IMG/VR virus record: IMGVR_UViG_3300042875_000410
From: a virus
Lineage: Duplodnaviria; Caudoviricetes
DNA: 64,000 bases
Direction: 5' to 3' (one strand)
Below the pieces are notes generated by a model, which worked only from the letters and a program-made list of their open reading frames with translations, was not told the DNA's origin and ran no database searches. A program made the translations under genes and the position numbers. Positions 63,921 to 64,000 of the stretch are shown piece after piece (position 1 is the first letter of the stretch; each line of letters opens with the position of its first letter).

Positions 63921-63950
63921 ATTATACGCACCTACTGCATACAATGTCAA
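63921..63950 (-). promoter_or_regulatory. Sigma70 promoter, leaderless transcript
   Basis: TTGACA-18 nt-TATAAT, then 6 nt to the ATG; the ORF-track TTG start is the -35 box. Confidence 0.65.
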
Positions 63951-64000
63951 TTATCTACGTTAATAAAATCGTCTAAATTCTTATTTTGATTTGCCAACTT

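Noticed and set aside
2-63950. Stop-codon reassignment as seen in some large phages
   Set aside because: Standard-code ORFs already tile the window densely, and recognisable enzymes are uninterrupted.

Overview
The window is a gene-dense fragment of a large dsDNA tailed phage (T4-like or jumbo type), with no host chromosomal genes and the standard genetic code. The lysis genes (GH19 endolysin plus two spanins) point to a Gram-negative host. Layout: 1-9 kb holds + strand baseplate/tail genes, including a subtilisin. 9-29 kb (- strand) holds nucleotide metabolism and replication genes (thyA, folA, MoxR/vWA, RNase H, sliding clamp, family B polymerase, speD, T4 DsbA-like) around a 7-deazaguanine DNA-modification cluster (QueE, QueD-like, DpdA2-like, glycosyltransferase). 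29.6-38.4 kb is an operon of probable head-packaged proteins. 38-50 kb holds a desaturase, a QueC-like gene and receptor-binding fibres. 50-64 kb holds ClpA/PDF/DnaJ, the lysis cassette, PhoH, clamp loader, GroES and a truncated DnaE. Top lead: two giant ORFs (897 aa and 1606 aa) look like cassette polyproteins. Their unrelated modules are joined by a recurring Q-G-V-A-E|G/A linker that resembles a prohead-protease site and is also conserved as an 18-22 nt DNA repeat. One ORF carries three different nucleotidyltransferase folds. The other ends in an A-AAA-AAG slippery site plus stem-loop that would add one more module by -1 frameshift. All protein assignments come from motifs read by eye; no database searches were run.
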